Below are positions 34,391 through 46,900 of a stretch of 64,000 nucleotides of DNA, one piece after another. Position 1 is the first letter of the stretch. Each line of letters starts with the position of its first letter. The translations under genes were made by a program, and so were the position numbers. Below the pieces are notes generated by a model that saw only the letters and a list, made by a program, of their open reading frames with translations, was not told the DNA's origin and did not search any database. Source of the stretch: Guillardia theta CCMP2712 (Eukaryota > Protista > Cryptophyta); NCBI RefSeq assembly GCF_000315625.1, contig NW_005434627.1, forward strand, positions 17,379 through 81,378. The letters are read 5' to 3'.

Positions 34391-35496
34391 CGCTAAAAGG
34401 GGAGATGACTCTCATGCGGATGTTTATGCGGCTGCATGGCGGGTTGGAGGTCGATGAGGAAGACATGCAAGACTGCAAGGCTGCAGCGCAAGTTTGCACA
34501 ACCGTAGGATGCACAACAGACGAGTAAGTAGCTCTCTGACACAGTACATGTTAGTTGGTTGCCGTTTGCTCCTGATTGCATGCGATCAGTGTTGAATAGA
34601 AGTTGACTCTATCTTTCTGATTGTTGCAGTGATAAGGAGGACTTGTGCAATCTTCTCCGAAAGGTTCAATTCCCCAAGTACAGCTCGCACTGATTCCCAT
34701 CGTCCGACATCAACATCGCACGTTTCTGCCTGTTCCTTTCGCCTCGGAGGCCATTCAAATGATCAGCCGCTAGTAATAGTATGCTAAAATATTGTATTGG
34801 CTTCAAGGCATATAAGATGTTACCAAGAGACTTGCCTGTCTCCTGAGACGTAATGGCAATGAGTAGGGTCATTGTGATGCTGGCACGACAAGAGCAGCTG
34901 TTGGCTTGCATACCAACATGCCGTCTGGATCAAATATACAATGATCCTTTTTTACGGTGCAATGCAAATGTGGTACAGGCAGAGCCATAGGATCTCAATC
35001 CTCTTAAACGGTACGATGTTGACAATACACGAGCAACTCCTCTCAGTGCTGTAATCTGTGTCACAAACACCATGTCCCCTTGATTATTACTGAATTTCAA
35101 GAATTGTGCAATTTCGTTCCGTGATTCGGAACTTTGACAGGAAAGTGGCGTGATTTGAGCAATGCGTTGCTGACAAGATCAATTGTCAAACATAGGTTGA
35201 TTAATTTGAGCCTGCTGAAGAAGAGTCATCGGCTGAAATGTCAAAATGTTTGGTGAAGACAAGCAATAACCGGCGTTCGGGTTCACTCGATGTTGTGCCG
35301 AATTTCAACACTTCCCTTGCTCGCAGAGAGAAGGAAATGAAAGCATACACCATGAATCATGCATGCATAAAATCAGAGACAATTCATTCCATAAATGATT
35401 GTGTAAGAAAGGAAGCTAAGCCGCCGTGAAACAAAACATTAAAGTTTCATCTCATTTCATGCTCCAACAGCGACTTGACATTTCGAGATGATGAAT

Positions 35497-37004
35497 TCAT
35501 TGCTCCATAGCTGTGCCAGAACATGAGTGCTCAAATAAAGCAAACTCCTGATACATCACCATCTCCTTCAATGATTGCGACTTTAGAAATGATCTCATCA
35601 TAGTATTCTAACGAAATGTGTCAAAGACCACAGAGCATCAAAACATGTTCAGCCTTACTCGTAGTCCCCTTGGGGTAGAAGAGAGGATTCTTGCTCTTAT
35701 ACTTGGGCTCGGCCTTGTCAAGATTGCTGGATGAAGTAAGCTTCCGGCATTGCCTGTATATTCAAGAGCTGGCACTTACCGGAATCTTTGAACCCCTTCA
35801 GGAGTGATCACAGTGATGTCCACGTTGCTGCCAAGTACAATCACTAAAGAATCAGTCAACGATGATTTCCTACCTTCCCGAACCAAGATCGTTGTCAATG
35901 CCAGATTGAATCGCAGCACGTACAAGGTCAATCCCCTAAATCATTGTTAGTGGAGACCGCTACAACTCAGAAAGCCCTGACCGGTTGTCTCTCAAGACCC
36001 TCTTGATATCCGGCCTCAAAAACCTTGAAACAATCGATGATCAGCTGCACATCGAAATTTAGCAGGGTACACACCGCCATTGCAGCAAGAGATCCGGATC
36101 CCATTGTTACAAAGGGCAGCTGATCAACGCTACCATGTCTATGTTGAGAGATCAGCAACTTCAGCGAGATCAACATTGGATATCATACGGATGAATGGTG
36201 TATAAAGAAGGCCCGGTCGAATCAACCCCACCAACCACAAGTGCAGCACTTATATAGCCCTTGTCTCGAGTTATATCTGAAACAAAGAAAGACAAATTCG
36301 ACATACCTGATATCTGAACAAATATTGCGAGAGCATAGTCACAGCAGTGATCACACGGCATTCGCGTCTGTAAATATGAAAATCAGAGAACATTGCCTCC
36401 AGTGATGATAAAGCACCCAGTATTCAATCGATGGAGCGTAAGGTTTGAAGCCATCATCTCTGTCGTGAAGAAAGTTCATTCAAATGTGCCATTCGGTGTA
36501 AATGAAACTGTCACCAGTAACATTTTCACAATCCGCAGATGTTCCGGCTCTGTACAAGTAATCAATGATACAGTCTTAGGCTCGAATGAAAAAATGAATA
36601 CCCGCAACAAAAAATATTCGGGGCAAGGTAGTGGATCTTTTCGCAATTCCTGTTCGATCATCAAACACATACAATCACATAGCTTTCAATACTTGTCGGC
36701 AACGATGGGTCCAGAGGTAGCGCGAGTATCAGCTCCAAGAACTACACCATCCTTGAAAATGATACCTGGAAAGGAACATACATTGAGAACGCAGGGATTG
36801 ATTTGCAAACGATTCACCAGCAATGGTGGTTCCGGTTTTCTTTGCTTTCTTAATGATGGAGCTGGAACCATAATTTGCTTGAGACTCTAGCCAGGCATTT
36901 CTACCACATCAAGTCATAAAAAGGGAAAAAGTGGTTCATCGTATCAACCTTTTGCAAAGGTCAAACGAAAATCCACCCTTGGGAATTTCAAGACTTGCTT
37001 CCAT
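35497..37004 (-). CDS. PSMB7: 20S proteasome subunit beta type-7 (beta-2, trypsin-like)
   Basis: More than 10 small exons give MEASLEIPKGGFSFDLCKR..KTGTTIAG|IIFKDGVVLGADTRATSGPIVADK|NCEKIHYLAPNIFCCG..GYISAALVVGGVDSTGP..LPFVTMGSGSLAAMAV..NDLGSGSNVD, the beta-2/PUP1 signature with the catalytic Thr. Confidence 0.95.
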
Positions 37005-37519
37005 GATCCTGGAAATGAGAATCAATTGACCAGGCCGACATCTCACTCAGAAAATCAAAACATTCACATAGATACACCACTTGAAGCAAAGTCAATTCAA
37101 ACAAAGATGTGGACGAGACTGATGGAATACAACACAATACTAAGTAGAACCAGCTTCACTGCAAACTGGCTGATCTCCACCTTACTTAGATAGCCGATCC
37201 TGAGTTAGTTAATATGAAGCAGATTCATCTTTCGGCAAAATTCTCTTGCATAGTCACTAATCGCCTCCTTTCATCATCTCGAATCCACGATGTATCTGCA
37301 CAGACTCCTTGCTACTCCGTTCTCCTCGCTCTCCTTTCTCATTCATCTATCAACCGTCACTTCCTGTAACGATCCAGTGCTCTGGTCAACTCCGTCTCTC
37401 TCATTCCTGTTGTTTTCGAACTTCTACTCTCGTCCCCCTTCGTCTTCCTCCTCTTCGCCCTTCGCTGCTCATAGCAAATGCATCGCTGCTTTCAGTCCGC
37501 CAGCTGTCCATTCGGATTA

Positions 37520-38130
37520 AATCGATTTGAATCGAAATGGTTGCCGCAACCGGCCGGCCGGCGGCGCCCGGCATACACGCCCGGCCCGCGGCGGCCGGGC
37601 GTCACGCCCGTCCGAGTCAGACTGAGTCTCAGCAGCACGGTCACCGGACGTGACGGTGGACGCCGTATCACTGTGACGGTGCCAACGACCGAACTGAACT
37701 TGACCGTGGAAGTTTGTACATTCGTTCATGTCCGATCCGATCATGAGTCCAAACTTGGCAAAACTGACTTGAAAGTCGCTGCCGCCCGGAGCCTGTCAGC
37801 GGCCGGGCCGGGCACCGGGCGTCACAGGGACCGAGCCTGACGGCCCCAGTTTCATGTTGGCATTCATTCCAGCACGCCTGAAGCCTCACCGTCAGGCACC
37901 GTCAGAAAGACTGAGTCCTCAGGCCGAAACCGTGACACGGCACAACTTGCCAAGTTGTGATCGGACACACAGCGGAAGTTGCCACGCAAGGACCGTACGA
38001 TCAAGTCTCGGAGCTCAGTGGCCATCATGATTCAAGCACAGCCAGCGGCGGGCTAGCCTTGTCGGGACACAACTTGTGACACACAACTTGCGCGCAAGGA
38101 TGATCAATGAGCTGGGCGGCTACAGGGCGG
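37520..38130. repeat. GC-rich intergenic island
   Basis: Same vocabulary; ACAACTTG and GACAC motifs recur. Confidence 0.6.
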
Positions 38131-38622
38131 CGTCAGCTTAATGAAAATTTAGCAGATCTTTGATTCCGACACTACCTCCACACATTGCAAGAACTCAATA
38201 TGAGTTCTTGAGGAAGTCTTAAATACACACATTGGCATTAACAATAGAGGAAGCCAAGACTTTGCCATGTCTTAAGCTTGTTGAGAACTTTCCGTCTTCA
38301 AGGTGCCTTTCGTTCAATCATGGAAATGCTGCAATCCAACAGTGAAGACAAATGTGATTCCCATACACTTCGCTAAACCGAAACATGGCAATCCAGAAAT
38401 ATTTCTCCAGTCTGGTACATTTGAATCACAACAGAAAGTTGCTTTCTTGCCTTAATCAGTCAGGCAGAGTTGAATGTAACTACATTGGTATTTCATATGA
38501 TTTATTACACTTTCGGATCTGCTCAGCTTCAGAAGCGCACCAATTCTGTGAATCTATCTATCAAGGCCACTCTAACTATTATACACGAGCGCAAGTGATC
38601 ACACAAACTGCCTAAGGTAGGC

Positions 38623-39233
38623 TTAAGCACGCTCGCCACGGATGCGGCGTGCAAGCTGAATGTCCTTGGGCATGATAGTGACACGCTTGGCGTGGATAGC
38701 GCAGAGGTTGGTGTCCTCGAAGAGCGAAGTGAGGTAGGCCTCAGATGCCTCCTGGAGCGCCATGATGGCATGCGACTGGAAGCGAAGATCTGTTTTGAAA
38801 TCTTGGGCGACCTCGCGGACAAGACGCTGGAAAGGCAACTTCCTGAAATCCAAAAACATCAAGAAATGTAAATTTACGAAAAATATCAAGATATACCTGA
38901 TGAGCAATTCGGTAGACTTCTGGTATCTACGAATCTCACGGAGGGCAACAGTTCCTGGCCTGCATTACATATTACTCACTGCTGCGGCTGGCACAAAACA
39001 AACCATCACCTGAAGCGATGGGGCTTCTTGACACCACCGGTGGATGGTGCAGACTTGCGCGCAGCCTTGGAAGCAAGCTGCTTGCGGGGGGCCTGACGCA
39101 AACACCATCAGAAACATGAAAGCAAACTAAGCTCACAACAGCAGAATTTCTACAACAATCATATATCTCTAGGACAACTGAAACTCACCTTGCCACCTGT
39201 GGACTTGCGGGCTGTCTGCTTGGTACGGGCCAT
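38623..39233 (-). CDS. H3: Histone H3 (three introns; H3.3-like residues)
   Basis: Spliced sequence [136 protein letters not shown]. Confidence 0.98.
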
Positions 39234-40879
39234 GGACGATTAGTCTGGTTAGTGAGAGGAGAGGAGACGGGAACGAGGAAGGGACAGGAATACGCGTGGG
39301 ATGTCCCGGTCGCTGAGCGGTTCAAATGCCCTCTCCTTTTTATTCCAACCACCCCCACCCTCCCGCCCCTACCCCCTTTTGACCACATTTCTTCATCTCC
39401 GGCCTTTACTACCCACCCTACTTTCCCTGCTTTTCCTACCTAGCAGTGCCCCACCCCTGCGAGATTCACGGCCCTCAAGCCCACCCCCCCAATTCTCTGC
39501 GCACCACCCATGAATTCTTTTGGTCACGTTCTCTGGAGCGGGCTTCCAAAACCCCTCAGACGTAGGGGACAAGGGTCAGCGATCTCCCAATTGTCACCCC
39601 TAGTCGGGAGGTGACCCCTCCTCCTTCCATCCCCGGGCTTGTCACTCCTCCGGCCCCTCCACGGCCCGGAATCCATGTTGCCCCAAGTATACTGGGAACC
39701 ACCCTACCATCTAATTTCCTCTTAGCTACCAGAATTCACTACCCCTACCCACCAATTTCAGACCATGCATAGCTAGAGTACTACCCCACCCTCAATTTCC
39801 ATCCATGCGCACCGAGGTGATAACGGCACCTACCCCATGTTTAGGTCAACATCTGACATCCATACCCTACCAAACACCTCCAAACACAAATACCACCCCG
39901 ACCTCCTTTACAAGAACATAGCCACCCCTTTGATTCAATACAGCCACCACCACCCATCAAACATCAAATTGGTCTAGAGTACCCCTTATTTTATGAGATT
40001 TGGGCACCGGTGACGAAGGGAAAAATTTGAATCCTGGGTCCCCAGACCCCTTTATCTTATAGCTAGCTAAAATGAGGGGTACAACACAAGGTGTGGAGCA
40101 CTCTGGGTGGGTTCCCCTGGTAGGGTCCAACCCCGGACCCCTTACCAGATCATCTCATCCGTTACGGCCCCGAAAGTGCGAAATCTTCTAATTTCACAAT
40201 TTCAATTTCTCCAACGCTTTTTGAACTTTTAGAGGAGTTGCACTTCGGTATGTTTCAGATAGTACGTTTCATTCGCAGGGCCCGAAAATTTGAAAAATAT
40301 AAAATGAGTTTAACGAAAATCCAAATGGTAGTACTGTGTGTGAGACAGATATCATTATTTCCTATCATCAAATTTTTGACTGATCAATTTTACATATGTA
40401 ATTCTCAACATTGCTGCTATATTAGGAAATTTATTCTCCATTAGATACTAAATTTCTGTACCAATAGCTGTACCAGGGGGAATAGGTGATACCAGCCGAG
40501 GAGCCGGGGACGAGCCGCGGCGCCCGGGTTCGGGCTTTCCCCAGTTTCCTTCTTACCAGCAAGTAAAAAACAATTCTTTTTATTTTTTTTTAGAGATGAG
40601 TAAATTTGATTTTGTGTGCTGTCGAGTTTTCAGTATAAGTCCTTGTTCGGGCGGGGCCCGTCCGGTGATGTAAGATTACAGTTACGAGCAGTTACGAGCT
40701 GCGTGCCCAGCGAAATGCGTGGCGGCGACGGAAAGCACTCGATGAGGTGGGAGGCTCCTTGTTTGTGATCAGCTCTGCCACCATTTGTTCAATATCAGTT
40801 CATCTTGACATAGATTCCTGTTAAACTGGAAATCTATTCCAAACCTCCGCCTCCATCCTTCTTCTTCCCTACTCTCTCA

Positions 40880-41960
40880 TGTTGCCAAGCCATGTGGCTC
40901 AACTTTGCGCTATCGAAGCAATACTAAAGCAGCTTCATCAACAGGCCTTTGATTCGTTCAATCTTGTTGATTCTTCTGGTGGATCAAGCTGGTGGTGCCA
41001 TCCCCACAAGGTAGGTCCCCTGTGAGATTTTCCCCAGTGGTTGTTAGCACGACTCCAACCACGCCTCTTTCAATGTCATTCAGACAGTCATGGCATGGTT
41101 TCTCTTTTTCTTTTTGCAAACATTGTGCAAGGCTTACATACTGAATCATGATCATTTTCGTGTAGGGTGGTAGACGTTGACATCAGCAACGCCCATGGCG
41201 AAGTGGTGGACATTGACCTGGGTTCTGGAAAGCAAACCAACAAACCTGCCGACACTGGGTTGCCAATAGGAGGCGAGGTTGTGGACTTGGGCTCAATTCT
41301 CTCTCTGCTTTTTGGAGGAGACATCTCAGTGCCTAGTGGAGGAAACGTCATAGAGGTGAACTTGGATCAACCTCCAGTGCAGCATCCCGAGCCAGCCGAG
41401 AGTTTCATCATCTTTGGTATGCCACCAGAGATCAACGTTCGATCAAAATTTGATCAAGAAACTCAGGTGGATCCTCACGAGGTGCTCACGTCATACGCTC
41501 CATGAATGATATGGAAGAAGCTGGCCTTTCTCCCGAGATACCTTTTGATCCATTTTCCCCAAGGTAACCACAAGTTTATCAAGTTGGTGCTGTCCTGTTG
41601 AGTTGCGAAATCAGGCGGCGATTCAGCGGCGATGCTCACTGGGTAGAGGGTAGAAAACGACCGATCTCGCCGAGGGACTTCGAAAAGAAAATGCAGGTTT
41701 TGGTTTTGATTTTGAGAAAAGTAATGTTTGCCGTCTCACGTGGGATTATGACAGAGTTCAAGGAAGGCTTTTGGATACACACCTGAAAAGGTGGACTATG
41801 ATACAATTGCAGGGAAGCAGGTGTTGGAGAATCTTTTTTGATGGCTCGTATTCACTGTTTTGCCATGAAGGGTTGGAGAAGAAGTCAATCAAGTTCATCC
41901 GGAAGATACGATTTCCAGGAAAAAATGAAGGGCTCAGTGACAGCTACAGGATCTGTCACA
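40880..41960 (+). CDS. Hypothetical multi-exon protein (possible signal/TM segment)
   Basis: Coding-like exon 41167-about 41500 (VVDVDISNAHGEVVDIDLG..GEVVDLGSILSLLFGG) preceded by a TAG acceptor. Hydrophobic LIRSILLILLVDQAGG exon upstream. Boundaries unresolved. Confidence 0.4.
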
Positions 41961-42149
41961 TGATTGTGACAAAGGCAGGTCAGTATGTTCAATGCTCAAT
42001 CCTTCAGGTCTTACAGGCTGTTTAGACAAAACGTATTCGAAATTGCGGAGTCCATGCGGCCCGTGCACATGTGAGAGTGAAGCGACCGACAGCAATGCCT
42101 CTATTGCGAATCAAAGCTTTATTTCCGCGGTTCAATTTTCGGCACAGCG

Positions 42150-42915
42150 TATTCATATTGACTCGGCGGGAGTCGGAACCCGGTTGGCGTTGGCAAGTCA
42201 GTGATCAAGATATGACGGCGTTCAACACTTTGAAAGCTTGAAGCATCATGGGAAGGCCCGTCACTGTAGGCATAATCGGAATGAGCGGACGGTGCCACCG
42301 CCGGCTGACTCCCGCGGCTTCCCGGGGACTCAACCGTTCGGCGCCGGACTCGGCTTGAAATTCCGGCGCTGGCACACGGTGACAGCGGCCGCTGTGGCCA
42401 CGCCGTCAAGAGCTTGAGCGACGCAGAAGCAAGCCCCAGGCGGCCGGGCCGGCCGATGCACCGTGCCGCCGCTCGGGTGACCGTCAGTGGTGCAGCCACG
42501 GTTCCACCGGCGCCGCGCCGGGCAGACGGAGAGTCTCTCCATTCCGTAATGCGGTCCGACGCCGTGGCACGGCGTCTCCCGCTGCCAGGCTGAGTCGGCC
42601 CATCATGGCACCGTCCGGTGGTGCCACCGGACCGCCGGGACTCCGGGAGGCCGATGACCCGGCGGACGGTTGGCCGCGCGGCGGGCATGCCGCGCCACTG
42701 AGAGTCGGACAGCCTGTCAGTAGTCACTCACCGTACGGTAGTGACTCATTGCACTGACCGTTGGAAATGTATGCCTGCAAGGAATCATGCGCGGCTCATC
42801 ATTAAACTTCGGATGCTTATGATAAGTCACTGTAAAGCCAAGTTATCAGTACGGTATGTTTTCGCCGGGTGACAGTCACTTAGCCGGGAGTCGGTCTAGT
42901 TGTGAGTCACGGTCC
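42150..42915. repeat. GC-rich intergenic island upstream of tRNA
   Basis: Same vocabulary as the other islands. Confidence 0.6.
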
Positions 42916-42961
42916 TGTTTGAATTGTGATATAGATACCAAATTGCATCCTGTGTCTCCAA

Positions 42962-43033
42962 GCGTTCGTAGTGTAGTGGTTAGCACATCAGCCTTCCAAG
43001 CTGGTGGCCCGGGTTCGAGTCCCGGCGATCGCA
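42962..43033 (+). tRNA. trnG: tRNA-Gly(TCC)
   Basis: GCGTTCG acceptor arm, D-arm GTGTAGTGGTTAGCAC, anticodon arm TCAGC-CT-TCC-AA-GCTGG, T-arm CCGGG-TTCGAGT-CCCGG and discriminator A. Confidence 0.95.
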
Positions 43034-43037
43034 TACC

Positions 43038-43042
43038 TTTTT
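43038..43042 (+). terminator. Pol III oligo-T terminator of tRNA-Gly
   Basis: TTTTT four nucleotides after the tRNA 3' end. Confidence 0.7.
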
Positions 43043-43937
43043 GCTGTGCGTAATTGTGAAGTACCGGTACATTTGAGTCTCATGCCTGGTGGGGTGGTCT
43101 GTTTTCCTTTTTCCTTGCAAAGGCTGTGTCACATAGGACCTGCCTACTATAGGCAACTAGATATCGTCCTACAGGTCTCCATTAGAGCATGCGGACTGAC
43201 TTTTTTTAACCCCTCTTTCCGACGTCCAATTGAGGGGTGAACCTAGACATCTGCAGTCCTAGCACCTCTATATTGTAGCTCCTTGCCTTTTAAGTCCTAG
43301 GATAATGTCTAGGAAATCCCTAGGGACGGTGAGCAAGATAGGAGCCTATGAGGGGGGAATATCGGTATGACCGAATCGTAGGTGAGCGAGTCTATGGGGT
43401 CATAGAAAAGGGCCTTAGCCTTGTTTTGATAGGAAATCGGTCCTAGGAGCATACGGATTGCGTCAAGGCGACCTATGAAGGGGCTGAGGAACGATACGAG
43501 CTGATAGGACCTGGTGCAAGGGGAGATTGGAGGGAAGTGATACCACTACGTCCTCCGTGGGAAGAGGAAGGAGGCACGAGGGAGTGAGGGAGAGAGGGAG
43601 GGAGGGAGGGAGAGAGGGAGAAAGGGAGAGAAAAACAAAGAGGGGGAGAGAGCGAGGGAGCGAGGGAGCGAGGAGGAATACCAGTCAAAGAAGAGTTCTT
43701 TGAGATTCTTCGAGGTTGTTTGTTATCAGCCTGATACAACTTCATATGCACATTGCCCCAGTTGATTTTTTTTCGATCATTTATTGAGTGAGGATCTTCG
43801 AATACGTGATTGGCACCCAAAGGCATTGATTTTCTCAATTTTTTTACGAGCTCACATCATATTTGAGATTGCACACGATCACATTGAGACTAACTGGATT
43901 CAACTGGTACTTCTGTAAATCTGCAGCATAGCATCCA

Positions 43938-44774
43938 ATGTCTGTGAAGAAAATGACGGATGAATGTCACTCGAAACAGCATCAAGCATTTGCTGTGCGA
44001 AAGCCTACCTTTGTACGTCACACAGACAACCGCTTCATCAATTTTATGTCAATCCCTTCCGAAGGAATGCAATCAAATCAGGATTGGATACAACATCATG
44101 ATCGGAAGAAAGGACATGTCAGCTCTAAAATCGTTGTTCCAGATATGCTCGAAAGTGCTCGAAAGGATATCAACTTTATGAGGGAGCTAAAGATCGCGGA
44201 ACAGCGTGCTCGTATACATGCGAATTTCCATGTTGAGCTCAACAGAATTACTAAAGAATTGGAGAGAGAAAGAGATATGCAACTTCAAGCACTAGAATGC
44301 CATCCCGATTCAAGCTCGTTACTTCTGTCCGCGTTACATTCCACATACATTCCAGAAAGCACAAACCAATACATTCAAAGTCAATCTGTTGCTAAATATC
44401 CAACACAAGTTCCAATTTGGGGTCCGACAGTCTCCACTTTTTTTTCCAGGGAAGGATGTACTGATCAAGACGAACCAGAGTTGATGAGGACAAGTCAGGT
44501 TTTGAAAAAGCCTTCCTTCAATCCAGGATCACAGGTCAAGCTGCCATCGTTGCCCGAATTTGTGACAGCTGCGGTGAACGTGAACATGCAAGCTTCCAAC
44601 ACGTCTAAATTGTGCCAAATTGCATCCAGACAAGACACAGAGGGCGCGAAGGTTAAGGATGATCGCAGTGCAATAATCGCTTCTGCATTGGCTAGATTGA
44701 AAAGCTTAGAATTTAAGTTTTGCTCCAGGATGAAACCAAAGAAGGTATCTGGGAAGAAGTGCATGAGGAAATGA
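43938..44774 (+). CDS. Hypothetical protein (278 aa, intronless, short coiled coil)
   Basis: ATG-initiated 837-nt ORF with natural amino-acid composition; coiled-coil segment ELNRITKELERERDMQLQALE; basic C-terminus. Confidence 0.6.
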   Translation: MSVKKMTDECHSKQHQAFAVRKPTFVRHTDNRFINFMSIPSEGMQSNQDWIQHHDRKKGHVSSKIVVPDMLESARKDINFMRELKIAEQRARIHANFHVELNRITKELERERDMQLQALECHPDSSSLLLSALHSTYIPESTNQYIQSQSVAKYPTQVPIWGPTVSTFFSREGCTDQDEPELMRTSQVLKKPSFNPGSQVKLPSLPEFVTAAVNVNMQASNTSKLCQIASRQDTEGAKVKDDRSAIIASALARLKSLEFKFCSRMKPKKVSGKKCMRK

Positions 44775-44874
44775 AATGAGGAACGGATATCACAGACGTC
44801 AAAGTTGGAACTGTGTCACAATGCGCTGTTCATTTCAAATCCGCAAATTGTTTAACTGTTGCATAAACAAACAT

Positions 44875-45170
44875 CTACTGGTTCTCGACCCAGCTGGAGT
44901 AGTTGGGGACATAGGAAGGAGGGCCCTCCCAGTACCTATATTATTCGTTAGAATTTTGACAGGATTTCTACACCAGATCACGAAATCTTACCAGTCATAG
45001 CCACGGGCAGCACGGTTGTTGTCAAACTCGCCCTCACCAACTCCGGCGGTGCCGTACCTTCAACAATCAAATTAAAATTCCATCTCCGATCAACAAAATG
45101 TTCACCATCCAAAGTTCCTGTGGAACACCCAGTCGGAGGGCTTGTAGGACAGCATCTGGCTGTTAGCCAT
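44875..45170 (-). CDS. 63-aa aromatic-rich microprotein (3 exons)
   Basis: Exons 45170-45106, 45057-44992 and 44935-44875 are GC-rich and separated by AT-rich GT-AG introns of 48 and 56 nt. Spliced product: MANSQMLSYKPSDWVFHRNFGWYGTAGVGEGEFDNNRAARGYDWYWEGPPSYVPNYSSWVENQ*. Confidence 0.8.
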
Positions 45171-46049
45171 AGGCTGTAAAACCAGACATCACAACGAATA
45201 AGTACGCAACGGTTGATCTCTAGAATGTACGATATGGATATGGGCTAGTTATTCATGACAAGTAGAGCATAAGTGATCATTGCACTGAATAAAAATAACA
45301 AAGTCTTCTTGGAATATCATTCACGGCAATGCAAGCAGTAGGGATATGCATAAATCGATGAAATCAGATTGATATACAAGATCAATATCTCAACCAAAAG
45401 AATATCTGGAACAGAAGTAATAATTTCTCTATCCATTGAATGCACACCCAGGAAAGGACTGCTGACGACAGTTCTAAACGCTTTGACATATTCTGGAGGA
45501 GGAGAGCTAAAACAGTGTATACGCACATCTTACAAGCAATACAGGCAGCAAAACGTTAAAAGGTGACACACACTACGATCTGAACAGGCGTTTGATTTCA
45601 CAGATCCAGCACATATGCACTATAAGAAGAAGAACAGAAACAGACCAACACAACATGAGAGCTGCACTAAGAGCAACGAGGAAGGAATGCAAAGAAGTTG
45701 AGCAGGAGCTGCAGTATGTCATGAAGACTTACCACGATTCCGAAAGACTGTGCGAGCATAGCAAACGATACTCCTTGGACGAAGGGCCAGGCTTTGAAGA
45801 GGCACGCCCCCACCCCCTGTGACATCCACCCCTTTCCAGCTAGTTAACGATGGGGGTAGGTGTCTACTCTGTGTGGTTGCGCTTTAACCATTCTTCAGGG
45901 GTGGGGTTGGTCAAAAGGTGGGTATGACCCTGACTTAACATTATCGAAAGAAGGGGTGGGTGTGTAACCCGTGTTCTGCCAAGGCTCGTGGTGGAAGTTG
46001 AGCTAGAAGGGTGGGTCAATGGAGTTGGAAAGCAGGGTAGGGTGCAAAA

Positions 46050-46900
46050 GAACCGTGACTCGGACGGCTGAGAGTACGGTAGTAGAGGACGGCCGCCCCA
46101 TTCAATTCCGGCGCGGCCCGCCGGCGGGCCGCCGGCGGGCCGGCCCGGTGACTCGGGAAGCCGGACTGGGCCCGCGACCGGGCCGGCGTACTGTCGGACG
46201 GTCCGGTACACTGCCGTGTGACCGTGACGCCGCCCCCCCCCCGGGCCGCGCTGCCAGGCCGGCTGGGCCCGACGGTCGGACACGGTACTCAGGGGCCGGC
46301 CCGGGTCCGACTCGGCGAGCCTGACCGTCGCCGTGCCACCGTTCAGTGCCCCGGCGGCCGGCCCAGTCACACGGACCGTACTCAGTCACTCAGTACACGG
46401 TGCACCGTGACGGTCACGGACCGGACGGTCACGGACCGCCGGACGGTCACGGACCGTGCCGCGCGGCTTCACTGAGCAGCCCGCCGCAGTAACGGTTACG
46501 GTGAGCGGCCCGCCGCCGTCACCGTGAGGCCCGGTGAGTAATCAGTGATGAGCCTCCGAGTACTAGTCACAGTACCGCCGGTACCCGGCCCGGCGGGGCC
46601 CCGGCGGGCTGCGGTATCCGATCGCCGGGATCGGCCCCTCGTCGGATTCCGAACGGTTCCCCGAAAGGCTCCGATGCGGAGGCTCTGGCCGCGGGAGGCA
46701 GGCCCGGCCCGACCGACAAGCCTGAGTCACTCACAGTCAGTCACACTGCGATGAATTTGGCACAGTGACGGTGAGTCTTCGTTACTCAAAGTTAAGTTAA
46801 AAATCAGGACGAGGGTCACTGAGTCAGTAGTTTACTCAAAGTTAAGTGAAAGTGAGTAGCCGCCCGGATTCTACCGTTACTACCCGGCTGACCTTGACGA
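46050..46900. repeat. GC-rich intergenic island with two copies of the TTACTCAAAGTTAAGT motif
   Basis: Motif at 46782 and 46831; internal tandem GGACGGTCACGGACC repeats at about 46410-46457. Confidence 0.7.
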
